A stretch of 62,643 bases of DNA, counting the filler, from Nemertoderma westbladi (taxonomy: Eukaryota > Animalia > Xenacoelomorpha): NCBI GenBank assembly GCA_032718475.1. It is 3 parts of 3 records of this genome, joined end to end, with 100 filler letters (N's around TTAATTAATTAA, not from the genome) between each part and the next. Parts side by side here need not be neighbours in the genome. Positions count along the whole stretch, not along the records: positions 48,967 to 62,643 come from JAUCBJ010002860.1; 2 more parts are not named here. One strand, written 5' to 3'. The notes below the pieces were generated by a model, which made no database searches, was not told the origin of the DNA, and saw only the letters and a program-made list of their open reading frames with translations. The position numbers were made by a program, and so were the translations under genes. Below are positions 49,871 through 62,643 of this stretch, piece by piece (the first letter of the stretch is position 1; every line of letters starts with the position of its first letter).

Positions 49871-50303
49871 CTAGAAAAGCCAGCCAGCTGGCTGTAAGGC
49901 GACCGTCCATATAGACAAACGTAGTGTAGTTGGGTCCCTCATCATTCATTATCATCAACCTATAAACATTTGAACGGCCCAGAGCTTACAATGATATTCC
50001 CATAGGATTCACTGGGAAGAGTTATTCATCTGGTGGGGTAATACATTATACAAACTTTCAGTTTATGTTTGATTACTGTCTGGGTTAGAGTGATATAGTA
50101 ATAAATTTGGCAAGTAATATACTTCTCTGCAGTTTGGGTCTATCCATTCAATAAATAGTAGTAACTTACTAGGCCCTCATGAGTACCAGCAGCTGGTGTT
50201 TCTATCGTTGAGTTGATGGTAATTTTCGTGTTTTCATTTTCGCGCACTCAGTGTAATGGTTTGAGGGGCAGGTTCGTTTAAAGCCAGCTTGCTGGCTTTC
50301 TAG
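49871..50303. mobile_element. Possible MITE with imperfect ~33-bp inverted termini
   Basis: CTAGAAAAGCCAGCCAGCTGGCTGTAAGGCGACC vs GGTTCGTTTAAAGCCAGCTTGCTGGCTTTCTAG. Confidence 0.5.
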
Positions 50304-51039
50304 TAAGAATTTGATTAATGTGTGTCAGAATAGTTAATCTTTAGCAATCTGACTCTTTAAAGCAAGAACCAGCAGTAGAGTATATGGTTCCACAGTGGAA
50401 TGGAATATAATTTATTTTAATTGACTGCAGGACTTTTTGTTTTTGTACCACATGTGGGTGCATTGTTCACTGTTCATATCATCAATGTTCTCTTGATGTA
50501 TAGGCCTAATACAAAATATTACAATTAGCCAAACAGTCACAGAGTGAGAGAAACAGTAGCTTTATAACTATCATATGCATATTTCCAATTGGAGTTCTGT
50601 CTCGGGTGAAATTGACCTATGAACTCAATTTCGAGAAATATTACTGTAACTGTTATTCACCATTTAAGTAACGAGTGTAAGGGGCGCATTATATTGGCTG
50701 CCATTCGAAACAAAATTATAAACTAAGAATTTACAGTACGAGAATCAAAGACCATTATCTTTTGCAAATAATAGACAAATTTGTCAAATAATAGTCAAAA
50801 AGTAATCATTGCTTCCAATGGGCCTTTGACTATTATCTTCCACATTTTGTAGGAAACCTACAAAATGTAATATGAAAAATGAAAAAGAGAGCCAAAAGTT
50901 AACTTCGGGTACTTTATTTAAATCAAATATTATGTCGTTTTATGTATTTGCAAGTTTCGGAGTTTTATCAATCAAAAATAAAACTTAGCGTAATTCGCTT
51001 AATACAGTGTAGGCTCCTATGATTTCAAAAATCATATAT

Positions 51040-52229
51040 CGTGACCATAGAGCCAGAACAACACATACCACAATTAAAAAAAAAAAATTCACCAAAAATA
51101 CTCAAGATGGCGTTCTACATCTTATGTTAAAATCCTAGAGTTGCATGTCAGTCCGTTTAGGAGATATGGAAAACCAGAACAACCCTCACAACATAGAAGT
51201 TGAATGAAAACTGTTAGGAGGTAAAAACAACACATACCACACTTATTCGAAGCAAAACAACCCACACCACACAATGCAATGTATGGCAACTCATGTGTAT
51301 TGTAAACGAATCAAAATAAGCCAATTGTTTCTGGAATATGTATTTAAATTAGCGACAAAGTTGATTAATACGAACTATTCCGCACTACCTGACGCGAGTT
51401 AAGTGCTAATGTAGATTACCGGTACAGTAATGTCGTTTATAGGATCTGATGATGAGCCTTTACGGCCAAAAAAACAAGTCATGGAAATGATACTTTAGTC
51501 ATAATCTATTTGATTTTTAAATAATGTTAGTATTGAATCAAGTCTAAATTAATATAATTAATTACTTGCTTTCAAATGAGTTATTATCTGAGTAGGGCTA
51601 TTTATTTCCATTATTAGAAATTTCCATTTAAATCACATGTGCTCAATTGAGAATTCACCAGCAGGTGATGCCGATGTACAATTTGAGTATGCTGATGACT
51701 TGAGTTTACAGACTTAAATTATATTCCATCATCTAGTTATAGTGACGATGAGGATGATCCTAGTCCAAATTTGTCTAGGGATAGCAATGACGTCATAGGG
51801 AAACATAATGAAGCCTGGAAAGGGGCGAAAAATATCCAATAGAGCAGCATGGAAATGTAATGTGCGTAATTCCGTTAGCGACATTTAAATATCTAGCATA
51901 CTTTACCAGGAAAAACACCATTTAATAGTCGAGGAATGACGCGAGTTGTCCTAGAGGTAAAACAACTCACACAGACTAGAGTTAATGTTAAATTTCAGTA
52001 TGTGTTGTTTTGCCTCTTTGGAAAATAACGAAATACAGTTTTTTTCATTAACAAAATATATTCTGAATGCTAGCCACTATTATAAAATGTATCATTGTAT
52101 CTTCCCAGACCTCTGTCGAAAAAATCAGGAGACGGGATCCATATAGAGCGAAATGAGAAGGTTTTTTGAATTTTTCTCGAAACCACATTTTTTGGGTGAG
52201 TGTTGTTCTGGCTCTTTGGTCACGTCACG
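51040..52229 (+). mobile_element. Non-autonomous DNA transposon, Sola1-like
   Basis: ~30-bp TIRs CGTGACCATAGAGCCAGAACAACAC / GTGTTGTTCTGGCTCTTTGGTCACG; 4-bp TSD ATAT; relic peptide KGRKISNRAAWKCNVR at ~51820-51870. Confidence 0.7.
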
Positions 52230-52626
52230 ATATACAGTATTATAAATTATAATCTATATTGTAAACTACATAATTTTTATTTTGAAAATGAACTACCTTT
52301 AATGAAAACTAACTGGCGAAAATAGCGGTTTGGTTGACATATGCGTGAATGACATTATACTATACATATACGGTACGGTACATCTCACTAAATAGTTTGG
52401 ATCATCATATAAATATATTGTAAATCTTTAATTAATCATTCCAAACTTTGATGTAAGCAAAATATAACAATTGTTTGTTTTCATCCTCACATTTCTATCA
52501 AAACAAAATAGAATATCAGATGGAACATTATTAATCAATATCATTTATTATAAGCAAACAATAAACAATATGCCTATGTCAGTCAATAACTGTAGCCTTT
52601 CAAGGTTGAATAAGAACTCGCATGCA

Positions 52627-55600
52627 CTAGTCATATTGACCAACTGAACTTCTTTCAGATTCATATTGACCTTTATCGGATTCAGAACAACTGATACCAG
52701 GATCAGATTCATAACAATCGCTATCAGTTTCATAACGCCCCCTATTGGTTTCAAGGTGCCCCCTATCAGTTTCATAACGCCCCCTATTGGTTTCAGGGTG
52801 CTCCCTATTAGGTTGATATCGCCCCCGATCACTTTCATAACGCCCCGTATTAGATTCAAGGTGCCCCCTATTAGTTTCATATCGCCCCCTATCGGTTTCA
52901 TATCGCCCCCTATCGGTTTCATATTTCCCCCTATCGGTTTCATGTCGCCCCCTATTGGTTTCAAGGTGCCCCACATCGTTTTCATATCGCCCCTTCTCGG
53001 TTTCATATTGCCCTTTATCGGATTCAGAACAACTGTTACCAGGATCATATTCATAACAATCGCTATCAGTTTCATAACGCCCCCTATTGGATTCAAGGTG
53101 CCCCCTATCGGTTTCATATCGCCCCCTATCGGTTTCATATTTCCCCCTATCGGTTTCATGTCGCCCCCTATTGGTTTCAAGGTGCCCCCTATCGGTTTCA
53201 TATCGCCCCCTCTCGGTTTCATATTGCCCTTTATCGGATTCAGAACAACTGATGCCAGGATCATATTCATAACAATCGCTATCAGTTTCATAACGCCCCC
53301 TATTGGAATCAAGGTGCCCCCAATCAGGTTGATATCGCCCTCTCCCGGTTTCATGTAGCCCCTTATTGGATTCAAGGTGCCCCCCATCGGTTTCATATCG
53401 CCCCCTATCGGTTTCACATTGCCCCCTATCGGTTTTATGTCGCCCCCTATTGGTTTCAAGGTGCCCCACATCGTTTTCATATCGCCCCTTATCGGTTTCA
53501 CATTGCCCCCTATCGGTTTTATGTCGCCCCCTATTGGTTTCAAGGTGCCCCACATCGTTTCCATATCGCCCCCTCTCGGCTTCATATTGCCCTTTATCGG
53601 ATTCAAAACTGATACTAGGATCAGATTCATAACAATCGCTATCAGTTTCATAACGCCCCCTATTGGATTCAAGGTGCCCCCTATCACGTAGATATCGCCC
53701 CGTCTTGGTTTCATGTAGCCCCCTATCGCTTTCATATCTACCCCTATTGGATTCAAGGTGCCCCCTATCGCTTTCATATCGCCCCTTACTGGATTCAAGG
53801 TGCCCCCTATCGGTTTCATATCGCCCTCTATCGGTTTCATGTCGCCCCCTATCGGTTTCATATCGCCCCATATCGCTTTCAAATCGCCTCCTATCGGTTT
53901 CATAACGCCCCCTATCGGTTTCATAACGTCCCCTTTTGTAATCAAGGTGCTCTCTGTCGGGTTCATATCGCCCCCTGTTGGATTCAAGGCGCCCCCTATC
54001 AGGTTGATATCGCCCCCTTTCGGTCTCAAATCGCCCCCTATCAGGTTCATATTCCCCCCTATCCATTTCATAATACTTCGTATTGGATTCAAGGCGCCCC
54101 CTATCAGGTTCACATCGCCCCCTATCGGTTTCTTTGTGCCCACCTTTAAAATAACTAGTAACTCTACGCCCCCTATGGGACTTCATGCCCCCCTGTATGA
54201 TAGTCGTCTTCAATCCAAAAATCGTTACTGGAGCAGTTGCAGCTCGCATCGACCGACGCAGAGAGGACATCCGTTGTTGCATCTCCCACCCACTCTCGGG
54301 ATTATGTTTCTTATTATACACCACAAATGTGAAATCTTTTGATCTACGAACCTCCGGCGCATCAGCCAATGGTGCCATATCCACTGGTGACCTGTCCACT
54401 GGTGACCTGTCCAATGGTGCCCTGTCCACTGGTGCCCTGGCCACTGGCGCCCTGGCCACTGGCGCCCTGTCCACTGGTGCCCTGTCCACTGGCACCGTGT
54501 CCACTGGTGCCCTGCTGTCCACTGGCGCCCTGTCCACTGGTGCCCTGGCCACAGACGCCCTGCCCACTGGTGCCCTGGCCACTGCCGCCCTGTCCACTGG
54601 TGCCCTGTCCAATGGTGCACTATCCACTGGCGCCCTGTCCACTGGTGACCTGTCCAATGGTGCCCTGTCCACTCGTGCCCTGGCCACTGGCGCCCTGTCC
54701 ACTGGTGCCCTGTCCATTGGCACCCTGTCCACTGGTGCCCTGCTGTCCTCTGGCGCCCTGTCCACTGGCGCCCTGTCCACTGGTGCCCTGTCCACTGGCA
54801 CCCTGTCCACTGGTGCCCTGCTGCCCACTGGCGCCCTGTCCACTGGTGCCCTGGCCACAGACGCCCTGCCCACTGGTGCCCTGGCCACTGGCGCCCTGTC
54901 CACTGGTGCCCTGTCCAATGGTGCACTATCCACTGGCGCCCTGTCCACTGGTGACCTGTCCAATGGTGCCCTGTCCACTCGTGCCCTGGCCACTGGCGCC
55001 CTGTCCACTGGTGCCCTGTCCATTGGCACCCTGTCCACTGGTGCCCTGCTGTCCTCTGGCGCCCTGTCCACTGGTGCCCTGGCCACAGACGCCCTGTCCA
55101 CTGGTGCCCTGCTGTCCACTGGCGCCCTGGCCACTGGCGCCCTGGCCACTGGCGCCCTGTCCACTGGTGCCCTGTCCACTGGCACCCTGTCCACGGGTGC
55201 CCTGCTGCCCACTGGCGCCCTGTCCACTGGTGCCCTGGCCACAGACGCCCTGCCCACTGGTGCCCTGGCCACTGGCGCCCTGTCCACTGGTGCCCTGTCC
55301 AATGGTGCACTATCCACTGGCGCCCTGTCCACTGGTGACCTGTCCAATGGTGCCCTGTCCACTGGTGCCCTGGCCACTGGCGCCCTGTCCACTGGTGCCC
55401 TGTCCATTGGCACCCTGTCCACTGGTGCCCTGCTGTCCTCTGGCGCCCTGTCCACTGGTGCCCTGGCCACAGACGCCCTGTCCACTGGTGCCCTGTCCAC
55501 TGGTGCCCTGGCCACTGGCACCCTGTCCACTGGTGCCCTGACCAATGGCACCATGTCCACTGGTGCCCTGCTGTCCACTGGTGCCCTGGCCACTGACGCC

Positions 55601-58443
55601 CTGTCCACTGGTGACCTGTCCACTGGTGACCTCTCCACTGGTGACATGGGCACTGGTGACCTGGCCACTGGCGCCCTGTCCACTGGTGACCTGGCCACTG
55701 GAGCCATGGCCATTGGTGCCCTGGCCACTGGTGCCATGGCCACTGTTGACCTGGCCACTGGTGCCCCGGCCACTGGTGACATGGCCACTGGCGCCCTGTC
55801 CACTGGTGGTGACCTGGCCAATGGCGCCCTCTCCACTGGTGCCCGGGCCACTGGCGACCTGGCCACTGGCGCCCTGTCCACTGGTGCATTGGCCACTGGT
55901 GCCCTGACTACTGGTACAGCGGCCAATGGTGGTGCATCAACCACTGGCTCCACAGCCACTGGAGTTGCAACCACCACCGCCGCAACCACTGGTGACCCAG
56001 CAACCGCAGAAGCAGGTATCGGTGCTCTTTCCACCAACGGCAACTCCCCAGTAATATCAGCCTTTATTATTGGCTTGTTATTAAAGTAATGGAACTGCCA
56101 ACTACTACTATCTTCATACCCATGTACGTCCATCCACGCCTGTCTCTTTCTTCCCTCCAGCTGCTGTTCTTTCAAACCCATTCGCGGTTCGCCTTTCGTA
56201 AGTACGTTTTTGAGTATCAATAGACCTTTTTCATCTAGTTTCGTGCACAGATCGCAACTGGAATCCCCATCCAATGGGAGAGAGGATACCGCCACGTACA
56301 AGGGATATGATTGGATGAGGTGGATCACACCAGGTTCAAGATGCGCGGGAATTTCAAACAGTTTCGGCACCCGTGTCCGAGAAACTCTTGAGTTTGCTAC
56401 GGAATAGTGTACGAATAATCGGCCAGTATCGTCCCCAACTAACCGTAGACACCCGCGGCGGCTCAGCTTCACCTCGGAAGACACACCGATTGGCTGTTGT
56501 GTGGCCCTCGCGACTGCTCGAGCTTCCGGGCCGAATATATTATCGGGTTTCTCCGATTCGATTAGTACCGGTGGCAGAGATTCGCTAAGGAAATCCACTG
56601 CCATCGCGTCGGAAACATCATCCAATGGAAGGTGATATGACAAACGAGCCATTAAAGCTCCAACGCGTTGCGCAAATTGATCCCTCCGATTGGCTAATTC
56701 CGGTATTCTGGAATCATTCCTAAATGCCCTGCCGCTGTATTCAAGGAAGTCGATGGGAAGGCCCCTTTTAAACTCAATATCCGCATTAATGGCGCGTTTC
56801 AAAGCGGCAGGAAATAGTTTCTCTAGGTAGTCAGCCCAACTATGTTTCTGATACATGAAGACGGTTATATGGAGACTGTCTAGTGGGTCTCTGCCAGGGC
56901 ACTTGGAGGCCTGATGGATGGTGCCCCGCGGGAAGTAGAGCAGATCCCCTGGTCGGAGAATCACATCGAAGTCGGGAGTCCCTAAATGCGCGGGATCGAT
57001 GTTGGAGTTCGAGAATCGAGCCAGTTGTTCTCTCGTGTTACGTGGGCGGTAGAGAAACCAGCGTTGGCTGCCCTCCAGTTGCAGTACGAAGGAATCGTAG
57101 TTGTCGTACCGGGGCGCGAATCCTTGAGTCCCCGCTGGAGTGAAGACGACGTTCGAGAAAACTGGGCAGACGGTAAACTCTTCTAGTTGTGAAAGTAGTT
57201 GCCATACTGAGGTGGAGTATGTCTCAGGGTTTAGTAGCCGGATGGAACAGCCATTGGTAAAGTAGTCCCACACAACAAAAGCATGAGCCCTACCACTTGG
57301 GTTGTGGGTCTGCTGGACACCATTGGAGAATGTAGTAACCTCGAGATTTACTGAAAATTCAACTTCCTTTTTACGGAGAATTAAATCTAACTCAGAAGAA
57401 CTGAACCAAATGCGGTTGTATTGTGATGATTTACTTCGGTCCACATACACAGGGCACCTCTCCCAATACTCAGTTATAAATTCATTTACGTCTACCGGCG
57501 CTATCATCCATTCCAGGACCCTTTGACCATGGACACAACTGTCTGTCGTAAGCTCGATTGCTGGAGGATATAGATCAGCATACCTTGACAAACCTGAGGT
57601 GAAACGGACAACCTTAAATCCATTGCCTTCTCGGATATTAACGACCGGGTCAGGGTATCGTACTACGCGTTTTATATCTACATTGTTATTCACAACTTGC
57701 TCCATCCCAATGTTATCATCATAAGCAACTGCTTGTTCACTAACGACCGGATCAGGGTATCGTACTACGCGTTTTATATCTATATTGTTACTCACAACAA
57801 CTTGTTCCACCCCAATGTTATCATCATAAGCAACTGCTTGTACAAGGGGCTCGATTTCGCGTTTTATACTTACAGGAACAAACTCATTAGTAACACTACC
57901 ATCATCATCGCCATTAACCGGTGGACCACTACTCCTAACAACAGACGGGCCTGCACAACTGGGTCTAGCGAAATCAAATTCGCTTTTTACTAGTTTTCGT
58001 TTCTTTGTATCAAGGAACTGCGACTGAGATGGAGTTTTTGCTCCCAGAATATTTACGTATTTTCGTTTATTAGTAGGTGAGGGATCATTTGTTTCAACTT
58101 GTGTGATTGACATTAGATTAAGAAAAGGCTTTTCAGATTTCGCTTTCATAAATATATTTTGTGGCGATCGTGTGCCGTGGTTGGAATTATTTCCCTTGTT
58201 GCTATTCATTTCAATCTCGTTTCTATCAGAAGTGATCAATTGTTCTTCTTCTTCTGAATCTCTGGTACGGATACTATTTTGTTCTCTGGTTCCAGAACTA
58301 TCAGCATTCTGCTCTGTGGTGTCGGTTAGTAACCCCATTCTTCTTTCGTAATCATCAGGCGCGGGTGTTACTGGAGGAACTTCATTGTGTTTATTACCTA
58401 TTATATCACTTCCCCATTGTATAAAATTGTATATCCTCTTCAT
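52627..58443 (-). CDS. RIOX1-like: NO66/RIOX1-like JmjC (cupin_4) protein with substituted catalytic residues and long C-terminal tandem repeats (1938 aa, intronless)
   Basis: [73 protein letters not shown] follow NO66 in order. Confidence 0.88.
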   Translation of the reverse strand: MKRIYNFIQWGSDIIGNKHNEVPPVTPAPDDYERRMGLLTDTTEQNADSSGTREQNSIRTRDSEEEEQLITSDRNEIEMNSNKGNNSNHGTRSPQNIFMKAKSEKPFLNLMSITQVETNDPSPTNKRKYVNILGAKTPSQSQFLDTKKRKLVKSEFDFARPSCAGPSVVRSSGPPVNGDDDGSVTNEFVPVSIKREIEPLVQAVAYDDNIGVEQVVVSNNIDIKRVVRYPDPVVSEQAVAYDDNIGMEQVVNNNVDIKRVVRYPDPVVNIREGNGFKVVRFTSGLSRYADLYPPAIELTTDSCVHGQRVLEWMIAPVDVNEFITEYWERCPVYVDRSKSSQYNRIWFSSSELDLILRKKEVEFSVNLEVTTFSNGVQQTHNPSGRAHAFVVWDYFTNGCSIRLLNPETYSTSVWQLLSQLEEFTVCPVFSNVVFTPAGTQGFAPRYDNYDSFVLQLEGSQRWFLYRPRNTREQLARFSNSNIDPAHLGTPDFDVILRPGDLLYFPRGTIHQASKCPGRDPLDSLHITVFMYQKHSWADYLEKLFPAALKRAINADIEFKRGLPIDFLEYSGRAFRNDSRIPELANRRDQFAQRVGALMARLSYHLPLDDVSDAMAVDFLSESLPPVLIESEKPDNIFGPEARAVARATQQPIGVSSEVKLSRRGCLRLVGDDTGRLFVHYSVANSRVSRTRVPKLFEIPAHLEPGVIHLIQSYPLYVAVSSLPLDGDSSCDLCTKLDEKGLLILKNVLTKGEPRMGLKEQQLEGRKRQAWMDVHGYEDSSSWQFHYFNNKPIIKADITGELPLVERAPIPASAVAGSPVVAAVVVATPVAVEPVVDAPPLAAVPVVRAPVANAPVDRAPVARSPVARAPVERAPLARSPPVDRAPVAMSPVAGAPVARSTVAMAPVARAPMAMAPVARSPVDRAPVARSPVPMSPVERSPVDRSPVDRASVARAPVDSRAPVDMVPLVRAPVDRVPVARAPVDRAPVDRASVARAPVDRAPEDSRAPVDRVPMDRAPVDRAPVARAPVDRAPLDRSPVDRAPVDSAPLDRAPVDRAPVARAPVGRASVARAPVDRAPVGSRAPVDRVPVDRAPVDRAPVARAPVARAPVDSRAPVDRASVARAPVDRAPEDSRAPVDRVPMDRAPVDRAPVARARVDRAPLDRSPVDRAPVDSAPLDRAPVDRAPVARAPVGRASVARAPVDRAPVGSRAPVDRVPVDRAPVDRAPVDRAPEDSRAPVDRVPMDRAPVDRAPVARARVDRAPLDRSPVDRAPVDSAPLDRAPVDRAAVARAPVGRASVARAPVDRAPVDSRAPVDTVPVDRAPVDRAPVARAPVARAPVDRAPLDRSPVDRSPVDMAPLADAPEVRRSKDFTFVVYNKKHNPESGWEMQQRMSSLRRSMRAATAPVTIFGLKTTIIQGGMKSHRGRRVTSYFKGGHKETDRGRCEPDRGRLESNTKYYEMDRGEYEPDRGRFETERGRYQPDRGRLESNRGRYEPDREHLDYKRGRYETDRGRYETDRRRFESDMGRYETDRGRHETDRGRYETDRGHLESSKGRYESDRGHLESNRGRYESDRGLHETKTGRYLRDRGHLESNRGRYETDSDCYESDPSISFESDKGQYEAERGRYGNDVGHLETNRGRHKTDRGQCETDKGRYENDVGHLETNRGRHKTDRGQCETDRGRYETDGGHLESNKGLHETGRGRYQPDWGHLDSNRGRYETDSDCYEYDPGISCSESDKGQYETERGRYETDRGHLETNRGRHETDRGKYETDRGRYETDRGHLESNRGRYETDSDCYEYDPGNSCSESDKGQYETEKGRYENDVGHLETNRGRHETDRGKYETDRGRYETDRGRYETNRGHLESNTGRYESDRGRYQPNREHPETNRGRYETDRGHLETNRGRYETDSDCYESDPGISCSESDKGQYESERSSVGQYD
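52650..54140 (-). repeat. 21-bp coding minisatellite (ETDRGRY)n with four Cys-containing higher-order blocks
   Basis: GAAACCGATAGGGGGCGATAT consensus; [10 protein letters not shown].....ESDKGQYE recurs four times. Confidence 0.95.
54365..55925 (-). repeat. 15-bp coding minisatellite ([10 protein letters not shown])n with higher-order duplications
   Basis: CCACTGGTGCCCTGT units on the plus strand, about 100 copies. Confidence 0.96.
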
Positions 58444-59022
58444 GCCATTGCATTGTCAGATTGTACAGGTACCTGTGTGGACGTGTGGTACACAATTGTA
58501 AATTATAATGGTATGGTGGGTGCTGGGTATACGGTAGGCCTATATTCCTACAGTCCTATTCTTTATAATATTATTATTCTGTTATTATATTAATTTTAAT
58601 ACAGTAATAGGCCACTGTATTTTTTAGAGCATAAATTTATGACATCCCATTGCATAACTAATTACAATAATTATTACTGTATTACTGTTTGGATTATAAT
58701 AATTATATATATATATACCGGTATAGGATAGGCATTATAACTGTATACAGTATACCGGTACTGACTGGCTTCTGGTCCGTGGACCGAGGTACGGTACCCA
58801 AATTGCTAATCACTAATCATGTTCATGTACGAATTAAATATAAAGATAGATGTTCTCAGCCTACTACTGTACCTGTACCGGTACTATAGACGGATAGATG
58901 TTTGAATATTTATAAATTACAACATTGTAAAATGTAATCAGGAAATCAGCTGTTGGTTTAAAATTAAACAGCCTGTTTAAGTGTATATATATTTAATAAT
59001 GTAATACCGGTACTTGCTTTGC

Positions 59023-59646
59023 TACGGAGCCCCTAAAGGGACAAGCAAAATATATTTTTTTCTATTCTAAATTTATAAATATCTAGGCCTATTTTTTTAT
59101 TTAGTACCCCTACGGTATCTTATGCGCACAACTTCAGAACTTAGTCATGTTAGTAGGCCTATCTTGTGCGCACTACTCTGTTACTTAGCTAAGTTGTGCG
59201 CACAACTTAGTATATTGTGCGCACAAGTCATCACTCACTGACTCAGCAACTTGAGAATTGAGAATCAAAAATTGAGAATTTAACGTTGAGGAGGGATATT
59301 AATTCGCCAAGATTGGATTTGCGTCCAGCCCCCCCCCCCCCCCCCCCCCCCCCCTGTCTCGACTTCTTGTTGTTGTACTTGTTGTAGTACCGGCTGACCG
59401 GTATTACTGTATTAAGCCATTACAATTTTGAAAATTTGTGCGCCCAAGATAATAAGTTCTGAAGTTGTGCACACAAGACTGCAAGATACCGGTACTAAGA
59501 TGTGCTCACAACTTAGAAAGTTGTGCGTACAAGATACTGAGATAGCCTACTAAGTTGTGCGCACAAGATACTAACTGACTAAGTCATATTTTAAAAAAAT
59601 ATCCCTTTACAGCTTTAGGTAGTTAGGGGCTCCATTCCGTTCCGTA
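59023..59646. mobile_element. MITE with TACGGAGCCCCTAA termini, 6-bp TSD and internal TTGTGCGCACAA palindromes
   Basis: TSD CTTTGC at 59017-59022 and 59647-59652; right end TTAGGGGCTCC...TCCGTA. Confidence 0.8.
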
Positions 59647-59781
59647 CTTTGCTAATGTTACTGCCTGACTGCTGCTGTGGTTACTGCTGTACTGTTACAG
59701 TGCTATGTTATAGGGCCTACTGCTGTACTGCCTACCATACCATCGTACCTGTCAGCCTGTACCTACCACCTACCAGCTTAC

Positions 59782-60908
59782 CAGCTCACGTATGTTCAGC
59801 ATACTTTCATTATATGGGATTCCTGATGAAATTATTGCAGCAATCAGATCAGTATACGATGGTTCGACAACATTTGTGTCTACTGTTGACGGTGACACAG
59901 AACCATTTGAAGTGTTATGGGGCGTCCTCCAAGGAGACACACTTGCACCATTCTTGTTCATTATTGTGGTTGACTATGTTCTACGCATGTCCTTAGATCA
60001 TTATAATGATGATGGGGTGATGATAACTCCACCTACTGGCTCCAGAAGTCGAGGAAATCCTGCCAAGTACCTAACTGATCTAGACTTTGCTGATGACTTA
60101 GGAGTACTCTCAGAATCATTAGAGGGAGCCCAACGGCTCCTCAGCTCATTAGAACATGCTGCTTCTAGTGTTGGTCTTTTTATTAACTCCAGAAAGACCA
60201 AAATTCTGACAGTTAACTTTGAAAGTCCTCAGCAAGTCTCTGATCGGATGAGCATAAGCTCAAAGGATGGTATGCTTGAGCATGTGGACGACTTCTGTTA
60301 CCTGGGATCATGGATCCGGAAGTCAGGTGAGGACCTTCGAATACGTAAGGGAAAGGCATGGGCAGCCTTGAATAGGCTTTCCAGGATTTGGAAGTCACCG
60401 AGAATTAATCGAAAACTTAAGGTCCGATTATTTAGAGCAGCAGTAGTTCCAGTACTCCTCTACGGGAGTCCATGCTGGGCTCTAACTGCTGAGGACACCA
60501 AATCTCTGGATGGCACATTCACAAGAATGCTACGCCGGGTTCATTGTGTCAAGTACAATGCACACATCTCCAACCAGACACTATATAACATTGGAGGTGT
60601 CTCATTGGTTCCCCCAAGCTTGACACTAGAACAAAATCGCCTCCGCTTTGCAGGACATTGCTTTCGCCGTGAGGACCAGCCAGTGCATAATCTTGTACTT
60701 TGGCAGCCTCATGGAGTGAATAAGCATGGTGGACAGCCCATGACTTTCTTGAGACGCATCTTAAAGGACACTGGCCTTAAAGATGCGGATGATCTAGCAA
60801 ATGTCATGGGTGATAGGGAGTTGTGGCGGTGCAATTTTGTTGACAAGCCGGCACAGCATTCTTAAAAATGCAGCTGCAATGCAGCATGCCGATCCTAGTA
60901 GTAGTAGT
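59782..60908 (+). mobile_element. 5'-truncated RTE LINE (RT C-terminal half, ORF 59792-60865) with (TAG)n tail
   Basis: GVLQGDTLAPFLF, DLDFADD, FCYLGS, LLYGS; candidate TSD AGCTTAC at 59775-59781 and 60909-60915. Confidence 0.93.
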
Positions 60909-62643
60909 AGCTTACAGCTTACAAGCTTAATCCTGTAATCCAGTAATCTGCTACCGGTAATGTCTGAATGTGTGAGCGTGAGTGTGACTGATTGTCACTG
61001 ACAGTCACCTTGTCAGGGAGAGAGAGGACCAGGGGTGAAAAAACCCAGGTTTTTATGGCGTTTCTAAATAAGGGTCAAAATATAAATAATAGAAACCTCG
61101 ATGAAACAATAAAAATGCCTGCATAAAATACTGCAGTAATATTTGTCACTGCAGTAACAATTAATTTTTACTGCAGTACCCATAGGGTTGCTTTGATTTT
61201 ACTTTTTTTCCCGGAGAAAAAAGTAAATTAAATTATTTTTGGTTGAATCTCTTAAATTTTATTTCATGTGTCGAAAATGCATTGACGTAGAAAACTATTA
61301 GAATTAAAACTACTAGAATTAGGTTTGCACCTAATTTGAGTAAAATCGATGCACGCACTCAAAATTTATTGCAACTTTAGTGTCTGCAAGGTGTACTCTA
61401 AAACGGATCTCAATATCCTATATTGGTTTATATTGTTATCCCGTTGAGCCCGGCTAAATAAAAATTTCCAGAACTATGATGCGACTATAGAAAAAAAATA
61501 AACATTTGACAGAATCCCGGAAATCGAAAAATAAAAAAATGAATTTAAAAAAAATTAACAGTTTTAAAAAATTTAAATTTCAAAAATTAAAAAAAAAAAG
61601 ATATTACAACATGAAATAATATTATAACAAATAATTTGTATAATTAGAAATAAATGCATACAGAGTACAACATATAATGCATTACGTAACCGTTTGGAGT
61701 CCAACCTCAATAATTAATTTGATTTATACCTGTACAAATGTTACTGTATATTATATCACATTATGGCCACGTATGTGACCATTACTCGAATATGGAATGA
61801 TTTAAATTAATATTGCTCTATCCATTACTACAGTATAGTAGGGTCGAGGAATGTGGAATTTTTTGTTATATGGACACAAAGTAAATTCAGTTACACTCAA
61901 GTGGTAAATCAGCTGAAGGGGCTGCGTCATTATTACATTATTATACATTATACACTTAGATACTGTATGGCCAGCATGTCTGCCGGCTATAAGGGAATGT
62001 ACAGTACTGCATTGAAATCCGGCCCCATAGCATATCACTATTACAAAGTATAGATCAGTGACGGGCGGTGCCCGTCCACTGTCAGGTTATTAACGGTCAC
62101 GTTTTGCTAATGTACAGTATGTTATATGGGGTGGACTGTATGTACTGTACAGTATGTAACTTTGTATGTGTAAATCATCAATGTGCATTTTCTATTCTTT
62201 CTTACTGTTCAGTAACTCTATTCTCTATGTAGGGGCCTAGTTTGTATGTAAATGTTGAACTACAGTATGTGCACTTGATGGGTGTAATAATGGGTCTACC
62301 CATGGAATACTAAATATACAGTACACGGAAAGACAAATGTATCATACGACCCCTGGAGGCAATCTGTTTATTTTATAAAACGATAGATATCGATGACAGA
62401 AAACCACTGCTAATTTTTTTTTCAAAATCTGTCGTGCCGTTTTTGAGATATAGCATTTTATATAACGCTCCCATGGCCTATTATATAAAGGTCTACACGG
62501 CCTAAATAAGCTGCATTTTGAGCCATTCAAAAAGAGACCAGTTTTTTTACAACAATTTGATATTTTGATTTAATTCTTCAATTTGACTGAATTGAAGTCT
62601 CCCTGATAAGCAAGATACTAAATTATATGGTAGCTAGTGCTTT

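Noticed and set aside
51443-51482. Hammerhead-like CTGATGA...GTC (similar at ~26420)
   Set aside because: GAAA core and stem II are broken; cannot support a functional ribozyme.
51745-51816. DPSP and DVIGKHNE peptides resembling the NO66-like N-terminus
   Set aside because: Very short, order not collinear; likely chance.
52548-56089. Shadow ORFs of 531, 634, 554, 400 and 230 aa over the repeats
   Set aside because: Expected from stop-poor 15- and 21-bp units; only the 1938-aa frame is linked to a recognisable domain.

Overview
AT-rich, repeat-dense eukaryotic (metazoan, probably marine invertebrate; inference) DNA made of three contigs joined by artificial N44-TTAATTAATTAA-N44 linkers. No prokaryotic operons, rRNA, true tRNA genes or CRISPR arrays were found. 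Host-gene content: the last exon of a fibrinogen-related (FReD) gene, an intronless 614-aa type I membrane protein with class I cytokine-receptor-like hallmarks, two spliceable exons of an ankyrin-like gene, and an intronless 1938-aa NO66/RIOX1-like JmjC protein with a substituted catalytic site and about 1000 aa of tandem repeats. Mobile DNA: a full-length defective Ty3/Gypsy element (TG..GA LTRs, CCACA TSD), a three-level nest of LINEs with readable TSDs, RTE and Penelope fragments, a solo LTR, several MITE-like elements, SINE relics and a Helentron-like non-autonomous family. Best candidate novelties: (1) a LINE whose ORF2 carries a 357-aa multi-hydrophobic-segment leader joined to endonuclease-RT by a 2A-like GDIHSNPGP motif, paired with a SAP-repeat-SGNH esterase ORF1; (2) the compact invertebrate cytokine-receptor-like gene; (3) the NO66 pseudo-enzyme-repeat fusion. 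All domain calls are by eye; no searches were run.
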